This document shows positions 8,764-16,600 of a DNA stretch of 32,000 nt, piece by piece. The number at the start of each line of letters is the position of its first letter. The stretch's first letter is position 1. Source of the DNA: an uncultured Clostridia bacterium (GTDB taxonomy: Bacteria > Bacillota > Clostridia > Christensenellales > Aristaeellaceae). The DNA is taken from the NCBI GenBank assembly GCA_934647235.1, contig CAKUFG010000023.1, forward strand, positions 12,672 through 44,671, given 5' to 3'. Made by a program: the position numbers and the translations under genes. The notes below the pieces were generated by a model. That model had not been told where the DNA came from. It saw only the letters and a program-made list of their open reading frames with translations, and did not search any database.

Positions 8764-9684
8764 TCAGCCCTTGACCGAGCCCATCATAATCCCCTTCATA
8801 AAGAAGCGCTGCAGGAAGGGATACACGCACAGCATGGGCAGGGCGGATACGACGATCAGGCCGTATTTCATGGATTCGCGCAGCTGGCGCAGGCGCACCA
8901 TATCGGCCAGCTCGTCCGCATCCGAGCCCATAAAGTCCGTCGTTTCGCCCATGATCAGGATGTTGCGCAGATGCACCTGCAGGGGGTACTTGCCGGGGTC
9001 GGACAGGTAAATCAGGGGCTTGAAGTAGCTGTTCCACTGCGCCACGGCGGCGTAGAGGGCGATAACGGCGATCACGGGCTTGGCCAGGGGCAGCATGATT
9101 TCAAAGAACAATCTGAAATCGCTGCAGCCGTCGATGAACGCCGCCTCGGACAGATCCTTGGGAATGGAGGTGTTGAAGTAGGTACGCACCACAATCAGAT
9201 GCGACATGGATACCGCGCCGCCCAGGATCAGCGGCCACATGGTATCCAGCATGCCATAGCTTTGCACCGCCAGATAGGTAGGCACAAGGCCGGCATTAAA
9301 GAACATGGTAATGGCAAAATACGTGGTAAAGAAGCCGTGGCCGCGAATCTCCCGGCGGGAGAGCACATACGCGCCCGGAATGGTGGCCACCAGGCTGACA
9401 ATCGTGCCGCACACGGTGTATACAATCGTATTGGCATAGCCGCGCCACACGGGCTTGTATTCCAGGATGCGGCCGTAGCCCTCCAGCGTAAAGCCCACCG
9501 GCAGCAGCTTTACCTCGCCGCGCACCACGCTGAGCGGTTCGCTGACGGAAGCCGACAGCACAAAGATCAGGGGATATATCACGATCATCAGCGTCACGAT
9601 CGTCAGCAGCAGCACCACGGTATCCACCGCCAGATCGTCCTTGCTGGCCAGACGGCCGCGCCCCGAAAGCATTTTGATTTTCAC
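8764..9684 (-). CDS. Carbohydrate ABC transporter permease (LplC/BPD_transp_1 type)
   Basis: 306 aa and polytopic, with an EAA-like loop (EAAFIDGCSDFRLFFEIMLPLAKP). The GTG start overlaps the upstream stop as GTGA (9681-9684). Confidence 0.85.
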   Translation of the reverse strand: MKIKMLSGRGRLASKDDLAVDTVVLLLTIVTLMIVIYPLIFVLSASVSEPLSVVRGEVKLLPVGFTLEGYGRILEYKPVWRGYANTIVYTVCGTIVSLVATIPGAYVLSRREIRGHGFFTTYFAITMFFNAGLVPTYLAVQSYGMLDTMWPLILGGAVSMSHLIVVRTYFNTSIPKDLSEAAFIDGCSDFRLFFEIMLPLAKPVIAVIALYAAVAQWNSYFKPLIYLSDPGKYPLQVHLRNILIMGETTDFMGSDADELADMVRLRQLRESMKYGLIVVSALPMLCVYPFLQRFFMKGIMMGSVKG

Positions 9685-10622
9685 AGCGCGCTCACCTGCC
9701 CTATCTTTTTGACCACCCAGTTCATGCTCAGCATCAGCACAACGTTTACGATGGAGTTGAGCATATCCACAGCCGTGGACAGGCTGTACTGGGCCTTTTT
9801 CAGGCCGATCTTATACACATAGGTGGATACCAGCTCGCTGGCCTCCAGGTTGAGGGCGTTCTGCATCAGCAGCGCCTTTTCGTGGCCCACGCTCATCAGG
9901 CCGCCCATCTGCAGCACCAGCATGATCGTCACCGTAGGCAGGATGGAGGGCAGGTTGACGTGCCAGATGCGCTCCAGTCGCGTCGCGCCGTCGATCATCG
10001 CGGCCTCGTGCAGCTGCGGGTCCACGCCCGCCAGCGCCGCCAGGAAGATCACCGCGCCCCAGCCTGTCTGCTGCCACATGCCCGATATGACGTACACCCA
10101 CTGGAAAGCGCCGGGGCTGGTCAGCCAGGTGCCCGCAGGCAGGCCCATGGCCTCAAACAGCTGGGTCAGAACGCCCGTGTTCTTGGCCAGCAGCAGGTTT
10201 ACCATGCTGATCAGCACGGTAATGGAGATGAAATAGGGCGCGTAGGTAACGGTCTGGACGAATTTCTTATACTTGGCCGAGGCGATTTCATTGATCACCA
10301 GCGCCAGAAAGATTTTAAGCGGGAAGGCGATCAGCACGCCCCAGATGGACAGGCTGAGGGTATTGCGCACATACTTCCAAGTGTTGGGGGATTTGAGGAA
10401 GCGCGCAAAATACTTCAGCCCCACCCAGCTGCTGCCCCAGATGCCGCGCGAGGGCTTGAAATCGCGGAAGGCGATCTGCAGGCCGTAGATGGGCACATAA
10501 TTAAAAAACAGCACAATCAGGAACGCAGGCAGTATCAGCACGTACAGCTGCCGGTCGCGCGTTACGTCATGCCAGAATCTCCGCATGGCGCTGCGCTTGG
10601 GTCTGGTATTGATTCCGGTCAT
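9681..10622 (-). CDS. Carbohydrate ABC transporter permease (LplB type)
   Basis: I place the start at ATG 10622 (MTGINTRPKRSAMRRFW..), which overlaps the aldolase stop as ATGA (10619-10622). The track's longer start at 10712 would overlap the aldolase by about 90 nt. The EAA loop is EAAMIDGATRLERIWHVNLP. Confidence 0.85.
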   Translation of the reverse strand: MTGINTRPKRSAMRRFWHDVTRDRQLYVLILPAFLIVLFFNYVPIYGLQIAFRDFKPSRGIWGSSWVGLKYFARFLKSPNTWKYVRNTLSLSIWGVLIAFPLKIFLALVINEIASAKYKKFVQTVTYAPYFISITVLISMVNLLLAKNTGVLTQLFEAMGLPAGTWLTSPGAFQWVYVISGMWQQTGWGAVIFLAALAGVDPQLHEAAMIDGATRLERIWHVNLPSILPTVTIMLVLQMGGLMSVGHEKALLMQNALNLEASELVSTYVYKIGLKKAQYSLSTAVDMLNSIVNVVLMLSMNWVVKKIGQVSAL

Positions 10623-11434
10623 TCGCTCTTCCCCCACTGCTTGCGCGGATGCTCCTCCGACACGCGCCGCATATCGCCCAGCAGCCTTTGCGCGCTGCTG
10701 ATGATGCTCCACATATCGGTACTGGCCGATATGAAATCCACGCCCTTTTCCATCCAGTGCGCCAGCTCCGCGGGCGAATCCGAGCCCGTGGACAGGCCGA
10801 TGGGCTTGCCCGCCGCATGCGCCCTGGCAATGGCCAGATCCACCAGACGGTTGGTCTCCTTGCCGTCAACAGCGTGGGTCAGTTCGCCCACCGAGCCGCT
10901 CAGATCCATCGGGCCGATCAGGAAGCCGTCCACATACGGGATTCTGGCCACTTCCTCCATCGCGTCCACCGCATCCTTGGTTTCCACCTGCAGGATGCGC
11001 ACCAGCTGCTTGCTGCCCTGGTCGATATAATCCTTCACGCTGTCCAGCCCATAGCGCACGGCGCGGCAGGGACCGAAGCCGCGCTTGCCCTCCGGCGGGT
11101 AAATGCAGGTGTCAATGGCGCGCTGAGCCTCCTCCACGCTGTTGACCATGGGCACCACGATGGCGTCCGGCCCGGCCTCCAGCACGCGCTTGATGTGCGG
11201 AATATCGTTCCAGGTTACACGCACCATGCAGGGGGTGCTCGCCGCCTTGGCGGCGATCAGATGGCGCTCCATATCGCTGAAGCTGGTGGCGATATGCTCC
11301 ATATCCACCCACAGATAATCAAAGCCGACGCCGCCCAGCATTTCGCATACGCGATAGTCGGTCAGGTTCACATGCGTGCCAAACAGGCGGCGGCCGCTTT
11401 CCAGGGCCTTTCTGAACTGGTTTTCCATCTTCAC
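10619..11434 (-). CDS. HpcH/HpaI family (class II, metal-dependent) 2-keto-3-deoxy-acid pyruvate aldolase
   Basis: 271 aa. The sequence FDYLWVDMEHIATSF...MVRV...VLEAGPDAIVVPMVNSVEEA...YPPEGKRGFGP...VQVET matches the family layout shared with GarL, RhmA and HpaI. The start is GTG 11434, directly after the upstream TGA, or alternatively ATG 11428. Confidence 0.85.
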   Translation of the reverse strand: MKMENQFRKALESGRRLFGTHVNLTDYRVCEMLGGVGFDYLWVDMEHIATSFSDMERHLIAAKAASTPCMVRVTWNDIPHIKRVLEAGPDAIVVPMVNSVEEAQRAIDTCIYPPEGKRGFGPCRAVRYGLDSVKDYIDQGSKQLVRILQVETKDAVDAMEEVARIPYVDGFLIGPMDLSGSVGELTHAVDGKETNRLVDLAIARAHAAGKPIGLSTGSDSPAELAHWMEKGVDFISASTDMWSIISSAQRLLGDMRRVSEEHPRKQWGKSE

Positions 11435-12862
11435 TCATTTCCCTTCCGTACAAAACTGAAACGCATACAGATCCGCATCCCGCAGGATAAAACGCAGGCG
11501 CACCGGCTGCCCTGCAAGCGCCGCCAGATCGCCGTCAAAGCGCACGGCGCGATCCGCCGAATCGCCAAACAGCTCGCCGCTGTCAAAGCCGGGCAGGGCA
11601 TTGCCGGCTTCATCCTCGATTACCACGCGCAGGCTGCCCGCGGCGGAGGTGGCAAAGTTGATATGCAGCGCGTCGCCCGCAAAGCACAGCGGCTGGGTAA
11701 CCACCTCTCCGCCCGCATAGGGCGCGCTGCGGCTGACAAAGCCGTCCAGCCGCAGGGTGTAGCGGAACAGCTGCACCGGGGTATCCGACCAGTCGTTGCC
11801 CGTGGCGTAGAAGGACAATTCGTCATCCTCGCCTTCCACGCCCGTATGCGTGGCAATCAGCCCGTAGGCGGCATAGCCGTCGCCGTACACCCAGCGCTTG
11901 GGGCTTTCCGGGCCAGGACGCAGGAAGGCTTCGTTCCAGCGGCGGAAGCTCCTGCCATCCCGTGAGGTCATAAACAGCCCGTCGGTCACAGCCAGCCCGT
12001 AGCGCGGATGGAACTGCATGCGCCACCTGCGGTGCTCCGCGCCGCAGAGCGCATCATAATTGGCCGTCCATTCCTTGCGCTCGGTATAGCGGGCGGGGAA
12101 GGCCACATACAGCTGCGGCGCGCGGAAATAGGGCTGCACGCCGTTGGTGTACATGTGAAAATCGTAGGGAGAATCGGTATAGCTGATGCGCTCCGGCTCG
12201 GACCAGCTTCTGAAATCCGTCGATTCGATCCTGCGGATATCGCGGATGCGCTCGCCGTTCGCGCCGTCATGAAAGTCGCGCATATAGCACACATAGCGGC
12301 CCAGGCGCTCATCCCAGAAGGCCGTATTGTGCGAGTCGAACACGCCGTTATCCGACAGCATCCAGCCCATGCGGAAGTGAACGCCATCCTCGCTGAGCAT
12401 GCACCACAGCTGATGATGCGGCCGCGTCAGCACGGCCTTATAGCGCTCGTCCCTGGGGCATGCAGGGTTCTTATCCAGGAACACATGGAAGGCGTCCATC
12501 GTCTCGCTCAACACAATAACGTTGTTGCGCGTGCTGCCGTCAATTTCGCAGATGCCAAGCTCCGGCTTATTCCAGTGCACGCCGTCCGTGCTTTCGGCAT
12601 AGCAAATGTGATGGAAGGGCGGATCGTGGCGGGTGTGCTCACGATTGTACATGGGCATGCACAGATAGTACATGCGGATGAAGCCCTGCTCCTGAATCAG
12701 GGTATAATACACCCAGCCGTCCGCCTCCCACGGGGCGCTGTTGGTCATCACGCATTCGCGCCGCACAGGATGGTGCAGCACCTCCTCAGCGGTGGTGCGC
12801 GCCGTATCCAGCAGTGCGTTATCGATCAATAATTCGCGGCTTCCGCCGATATTGTGCGCCAT
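11435..12862 (-). CDS. Uncharacterised cytoplasmic beta-propeller protein, putative glycoside hydrolase with a C-terminal beta-sandwich-like module
   Basis: It carries four blade-like motifs: AESTDGVHW, LSEDGVHF, ESTDFRSW, TSRDGRSF. There is no signal peptide. ATG 12862 has RBS GGGAG 8 nt upstream; the track start (GTG 12871) is the alternative. The coding call is firm; the product assignment is tentative. Confidence 0.65.
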   Translation of the reverse strand: MAHNIGGSRELLIDNALLDTARTTAEEVLHHPVRRECVMTNSAPWEADGWVYYTLIQEQGFIRMYYLCMPMYNREHTRHDPPFHHICYAESTDGVHWNKPELGICEIDGSTRNNVIVLSETMDAFHVFLDKNPACPRDERYKAVLTRPHHQLWCMLSEDGVHFRMGWMLSDNGVFDSHNTAFWDERLGRYVCYMRDFHDGANGERIRDIRRIESTDFRSWSEPERISYTDSPYDFHMYTNGVQPYFRAPQLYVAFPARYTERKEWTANYDALCGAEHRRWRMQFHPRYGLAVTDGLFMTSRDGRSFRRWNEAFLRPGPESPKRWVYGDGYAAYGLIATHTGVEGEDDELSFYATGNDWSDTPVQLFRYTLRLDGFVSRSAPYAGGEVVTQPLCFAGDALHINFATSAAGSLRVVIEDEAGNALPGFDSGELFGDSADRAVRFDGDLAALAGQPVRLRFILRDADLYAFQFCTEGK

Positions 12863-12963
12863 GTTTTTCACTCCCTGCGAAAAAATATTTCATCTCGTTT
12901 TGTGTGCTATATGGGGCTGCATATCCTCCAGTGCTGCTGATCCGGTTGATTCAATGCCATATC

Positions 12964-12992
12964 ATTATCATCACATCGGCTAAAATAGTCAA
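12964..12992 (-). promoter_or_regulatory. Candidate sigma-A promoter of the beta-propeller/aldolase/ABC operon
   Basis: On the minus strand: TTGACT (12992-12987), 17 nt spacer, GATAAT (12969-12964). This predicts a 5' UTR of about 95 nt. Confidence 0.45.
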
Positions 12993-12995
12993 TTG

Positions 12996-13020
12996 AATTT
13001 CACAAATTTCAAAAATTTCA
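12996..13020. repeat. Three tandem 9-bp direct repeats (AATTTCA-nn), immediately upstream of the -35 of the operon promoter
   Basis: aatttca-ca-aatttca-aa-aatttca, with copies at 12996, 13005 and 13014. Candidate UP element, curved DNA or activator site. Confidence 0.5.
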
Positions 13021-13040
13021 TAGTTTTTATCGCAAATGCA

Positions 13041-13069
13041 TTGCGCGCTTGTCCATCTCATGCTATAAT
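13041..13069 (+). promoter_or_regulatory. Candidate sigma-A promoter of the LacI-family gene, overlapped by a short palindrome
   Basis: TTGCGC (13041-13046), 17 nt spacer, TATAAT (13064-13069), with a TGC extended -10. The inverted repeat cgcaa-N5-ttgcg (13031-13045, core AATGCATT) overlaps the -35. A second ATGCAT-centred site lies at 13100-13107. Confidence 0.4.
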
Positions 13070-13132
13070 CAGATTACAGTGCTGCAAATACATGGAAACG
13101 ATGCATTTTTTGAAAATACGGAGTGAACAGCG

Positions 13133-14131
13133 ATGGTAACCCAAAAGCAGATCGCCGAAATGGCCGGCGTATCCTTTGCCACCGTATCGCGGGCGCTGAC
13201 GCACAGCGCCAAGGTGCGCCCCGACACCCTGCAGCGCATCCGCAGCGCCATGCAGGCGCTGGGCGTCAACAACAGCGACGACTTTTTTCTGGGCCGCAGC
13301 ACGCTGTCCAAGATGGTGCTGGTGATCGTGGGCGATATCGCCACCGAGTTTTTTGCCAACATCGTCATCGGCATCAGCGATGTGCTCAGCGCCCAGGGCT
13401 ATTCCATGGTGCTGTGCAACAGCCGCTATGACCCCAGGATTGAGATGGAGCGCCTGCAGTCGGCGCAGGATTGCGGCTACGCGGGCGTGGTCATGATCAC
13501 CGCCATGGAAACCCGCGAGCTGGTTTCATTTCTGCAGAGCGCGGCCATCCCCATCGTGCTGGTAAACCGCTATATCCGCACGCTGGATATGGACGTCGTG
13601 CGCATTGATAACTATCGCGGCGGCTACATGGCCGCGCAGTACCTGCTGGAGCAGGGACACCGGCGCATCGCCCATCTGGCCGGGCCGCGCAATTCCGCCG
13701 CGCCGCAGGATCGTCTGCGCGGCTTTGCGGATGCGATGAAGGACAACAGCATTCCCTTTAACGCCGGCGATATCTGCTATGGCGATCTTTCGCGCGAATC
13801 AGGCAAGGACTTTGCCCAATGGCTGGAAGGGCGCGATTATACCGCCGCCTATATCGGCAACAACTATATGGCCGCAGGCGCGGTGCATCAATTGCAAAAG
13901 ATGGGCCGCAGCGTGCCGGAGGATATCAGCATCATCTGCTTTGACGATTCCCCGCTTGTCAACGAAAACGGCCTGAACCTAACCACCATCAGCTGTGATC
14001 CCCAGGAGATGGGTCAGGCTACCGCCGAAACGCTGCTCAAGCGCATGGCCGATCCCCTGGGACGCAGGCTGAAAATGATTTTCTCGCCGCAACTGAACCT
14101 TCGCGGCAGCGTCGCCCCGCGCAAGGAATAA
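13133..14131 (+). CDS. LacI family transcriptional regulator
   Basis: 332 aa. The N-terminal HTH is VTQKQIAEMAGVSFATVSRAL, followed by a periplasmic-binding-protein-like sugar-binding core. RBS GGAGTG lies 7 nt upstream. It is divergent from the operon. Confidence 0.9.
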   Translation: MVTQKQIAEMAGVSFATVSRALTHSAKVRPDTLQRIRSAMQALGVNNSDDFFLGRSTLSKMVLVIVGDIATEFFANIVIGISDVLSAQGYSMVLCNSRYDPRIEMERLQSAQDCGYAGVVMITAMETRELVSFLQSAAIPIVLVNRYIRTLDMDVVRIDNYRGGYMAAQYLLEQGHRRIAHLAGPRNSAAPQDRLRGFADAMKDNSIPFNAGDICYGDLSRESGKDFAQWLEGRDYTAAYIGNNYMAAGAVHQLQKMGRSVPEDISIICFDDSPLVNENGLNLTTISCDPQEMGQATAETLLKRMADPLGRRLKMIFSPQLNLRGSVAPRKE

Positions 14132-14138
14132 TGCACAT

Positions 14139-14178
14139 AAAAAGACGCTTCCTGTTTTTGCAGGGAGCGCCTTTTTTG
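14139..14178. terminator. Bidirectional rho-independent terminator between lacI-family and spoIID-like genes
   Basis: Stem cgcttcctg (14146-14154) pairs with cagggagcg (14161-14169), with one G-U pair. An A-run precedes it and CTTTTTTG follows. Confidence 0.6.
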
Positions 14179-14196
14179 TTCTGCATTATCTGTCTG

Positions 14197-15921
14197 TTAT
14201 TCTGTTTTCTCCACAAACTTTTCCATCACATAGCCTTCGGTCACGTCGGTGCGTACCTTGATCCACCCTTCCTCATCGCAGGGAGAAGCAAGCAGCTCCT
14301 GCCCATAATAGAGCACGCGCAGCACATCGGAGGCCGTGCTGGGGGCGCTGCGCAGATTCAGGGAAGAATTGGCCGATATCTGCGTCACTTTGACGCGCCA
14401 TTCGCCCGCCTTCAGCTGATCGGAGGCCGGCATCAGGGTGGGGCGCGGCGTGGGCGTGGCCGCCGGGCCGGGCGTGGTCAGGAAGGCTGCGGATACCGCC
14501 GGCGGCAGCCTCACCTGCGTATCGGTCTTTTTGAGCGCCAGGCCCGGATAATAGAACCGCAGGATCTGGTCGTATGTCCAGCCGTACTGCCCGGCCATCC
14601 ACTGCGCGCCGCGCTGGCTCATGCCTACGCCGTGACCATAGCGGCGGGATTCAATCACAAACCGGTCATTCTCCTCGCGCACAGTCAGGATCTCGTTGTT
14701 GCTGCCGTTGATGGACAGGCCCAGCCATGGCTCGATGGCGCTGAACACCGGCACATCCACCTGCAAAGTCTTCTCCAGCGTAACAAATGGCGCCTGGGTC
14801 GGCTGCGGGGTGGATGTGGCCTCGGGGGTCGTTTCCGGCAGGGCAAAGAGGTTCACCTCTTCATCCTGCATGGCGGCGGTGGGCTTCTGTCGGCACTGCA
14901 CCGCCAGGTCAAAGCGCATCTGCGTCATCACCTTGGAGTTCGTCCCGCCCTGGGGCGTATGCAGACTAACGCCCGCCACCCCGGCAATGCGCGTATCCGC
15001 CGCATCGCCGCTGTAGCCCAGCGCCGTCACAGCCTCGGATATGCCGTCCAGCAGATAATCCGTCAGCTGCTGATTATAGACGATTCCATCCTTGGCTGTC
15101 TTGGCAATAGCGGCGGATTTGACCACGCTTTCGGGGTTTTCCACATCGTAGGGGTCATCGTGCATGGTGATGTAATCACCCTCGCCCTTGCCCCACACGT
15201 TGCGCACCAGCTCCACCTGGCCGCCGTTGCTGGCCGTGTAATAGCAAATCGCCAGCGCGCTGCCATTGTAGCAGGCCACGCCCGCCGTCTCCTGCACGGC
15301 GCGGATAGCCCGCTCGTTGCTGGCGTTATAGCCGCGGAATACCTGATCGTTGGTGTTATCCACCAGATCATACGCGCCGCTGGCCCCGCGCATCTTATAC
15401 AGCGCGTAGGTGCGGGCGGCGACGGCCTGGGCCTTGAGCGCCTCCAGGGGGAAGCTGTCGCTCATCTCATAGGGCACCACGCCCAGCAGGTATTCCTCGA
15501 TGGGGATGTGCAGCACAGCGGTCAGCGTTTTTCTATCCGTCGTCACATGCAGATCGCCGCGATACAGCGCGTAATCGCCGTTCAGGCGCAGGCCGTTTTC
15601 CAAGCCCTCCGCCGCCTGATGGCGGGTAAGGATCAACTCCTTGCCGCTGTCCAGCGCCATGCCCTCGTAATAGGCCATGATGCGCCCCGTCGCGCAGGAC
15701 AGCACCAGCCTGGAGCCGCGCTGAAAGCTCATGCCATCCAGCGTATAGCTGCCGTCCAAGGCGATTTCCAGCCGGTCGGTCAGGTTCAGGCGCGTCAGCA
15801 GCACGCGCACGGTATTCTTTTCAGCCCGCGCGTCCACAGGCAGCGCAAGGCTGAGCGTCAGCAGCATTACCAGCGCGGAAAGCCCCGCGATCCATCTTTT
15901 GAAGCCTCTGCGTTTGGTCAT
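14197..15921 (-). CDS. SpoIID/LytB domain protein with C-terminal SH3-like domain (secreted peptidoglycan-remodelling protein)
   Basis: 574 aa with a signal peptide. The canonical SpoIID block is EEYLLGVVPYEMSDSFPLEALKAQAVAARTYAL...YYTASNGGQ. The C-terminal SH3_3-like segment is LNLRSAPSTASDVLRVLYYGQEL..GWIKV. Confidence 0.85.
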   Translation of the reverse strand: MTKRRGFKRWIAGLSALVMLLTLSLALPVDARAEKNTVRVLLTRLNLTDRLEIALDGSYTLDGMSFQRGSRLVLSCATGRIMAYYEGMALDSGKELILTRHQAAEGLENGLRLNGDYALYRGDLHVTTDRKTLTAVLHIPIEEYLLGVVPYEMSDSFPLEALKAQAVAARTYALYKMRGASGAYDLVDNTNDQVFRGYNASNERAIRAVQETAGVACYNGSALAICYYTASNGGQVELVRNVWGKGEGDYITMHDDPYDVENPESVVKSAAIAKTAKDGIVYNQQLTDYLLDGISEAVTALGYSGDAADTRIAGVAGVSLHTPQGGTNSKVMTQMRFDLAVQCRQKPTAAMQDEEVNLFALPETTPEATSTPQPTQAPFVTLEKTLQVDVPVFSAIEPWLGLSINGSNNEILTVREENDRFVIESRRYGHGVGMSQRGAQWMAGQYGWTYDQILRFYYPGLALKKTDTQVRLPPAVSAAFLTTPGPAATPTPRPTLMPASDQLKAGEWRVKVTQISANSSLNLRSAPSTASDVLRVLYYGQELLASPCDEEGWIKVRTDVTEGYVMEKFVEKTE

Positions 15922-15941
15922 GATAAAACCCCTTCAATGCG

Positions 15942-16589
15942 TCAAAGCGCGTGCAGCAGGTTAAAGTCGCGCACGATGGCGGTATCCACCCAATACATGG
16001 CGTACTGCCGCCGCTGGCCCACAATCAGCCCCGCGTCGTTTCGCACCAGCGTATCCACCGCGCTTTGCGGCACAATTTCCCGCACATGCGGACGAATCTT
16101 TTCCTCCATCGATTCGCTGTAGGAGTCCAGCGCCAGCGCCTGCACCTCGCCGTCCGCCTCGCGCGCATCCAGGAGCGACACGATATGCCCCACGCGCAGA
16201 TTGCACAGCGCTGCGCCGCGATGCTCCAGCAGATGCGCCCGCAGCGTGTCCAGATCATTGCGCAGCCCATCGCCCTGATAGCTGAAGCCATACTGCGCGG
16301 CCAGGCCCTTCTGCATCATGGCGGACAGGAGCGCAGGACGGTCCGTGCCGTCGTCGCCGCGGCCGCCGTTCTGCATGGAAAAGTCCGCCAGCTCCTCGGG
16401 CGAAAAAGCCTTGCCAGTCAGCCACTGGCCGCAATGGCAGATAGAAAACACACCGCAGCCGGCGCTGGATAACGTTGCCTTCTGCGGTGTTCTGTAATCG
16501 TAGGGGTGCGTCCACAGGCGGCTGCGCTGGTTAAGGATGGTAACAGCCTTCCCGTTATAGATCATTTCAATGCGTTTTCCGCTTTCCAT
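15942..16589 (-). CDS. Hypothetical cytoplasmic protein, possible papain-fold (C39-like) cysteine peptidase
   Basis: 215 aa. The layout is Q...SSAGCGVFS (candidate nucleophile), then about 85 aa later VGHIVSLL, then LDSYS. There is no signal peptide. The RBS GGAGGA overlaps the end of the upstream gene. The product is tentative. Confidence 0.45.
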   Translation of the reverse strand: MESGKRIEMIYNGKAVTILNQRSRLWTHPYDYRTPQKATLSSAGCGVFSICHCGQWLTGKAFSPEELADFSMQNGGRGDDGTDRPALLSAMMQKGLAAQYGFSYQGDGLRNDLDTLRAHLLEHRGAALCNLRVGHIVSLLDAREADGEVQALALDSYSESMEEKIRPHVREIVPQSAVDTLVRNDAGLIVGQRRQYAMYWVDTAIVRDFNLLHAL

Positions 16590-16600
16590 ATGTCCTCCGT

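Noticed and set aside
10623-10712. N-terminal extensions offered by the ORF track for the permease (start 10712). Similar cases: 2122 for the peptidase, 17263 for the methyltransferase, 18847 for upp, 21049 for the lipoprotein, 25109 for CapA, 26845 for the HDG-like gene, 30946 for the UDG and 31690 for trmL.
   Set aside because: In each case a downstream ATG has a proper GGAGG-type RBS at 6-9 nt. It matches the conserved N-terminus of the family and removes an overlap with the neighbouring gene or promoter.
13031-13107. Two ATGCAT-centred sites (13034-13041 and 13100-13107) considered as the LacI-family operator pair.
   Set aside because: The arms are short (a perfect palindrome of only 8 bp) and lack the central CG typical of LacI/GalR operators. 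I mention them only as a low-confidence note under the promoter feature, not as an operator call.
14131-16122. A 663-aa plus-strand ORF, and similar very long ORFs antisense to real genes: 174-1250, 1229-2080, 2056-3075, 2925-4448, 5240-6589, 6844-8112, 8668-9822, 9882-11030, 10649-11965, 12008-12832, 21735-22901, 26896-27630, 28563-29378, 29659-30420, 30362-30910.
   Set aside because: These are shadow ORFs typical of GC-rich DNA. They are rich in Arg, Ala, Gly, His and Gln, have no RBS and carry no recognisable motifs. Each fully overlaps an opposite-strand gene that has clear family signatures.
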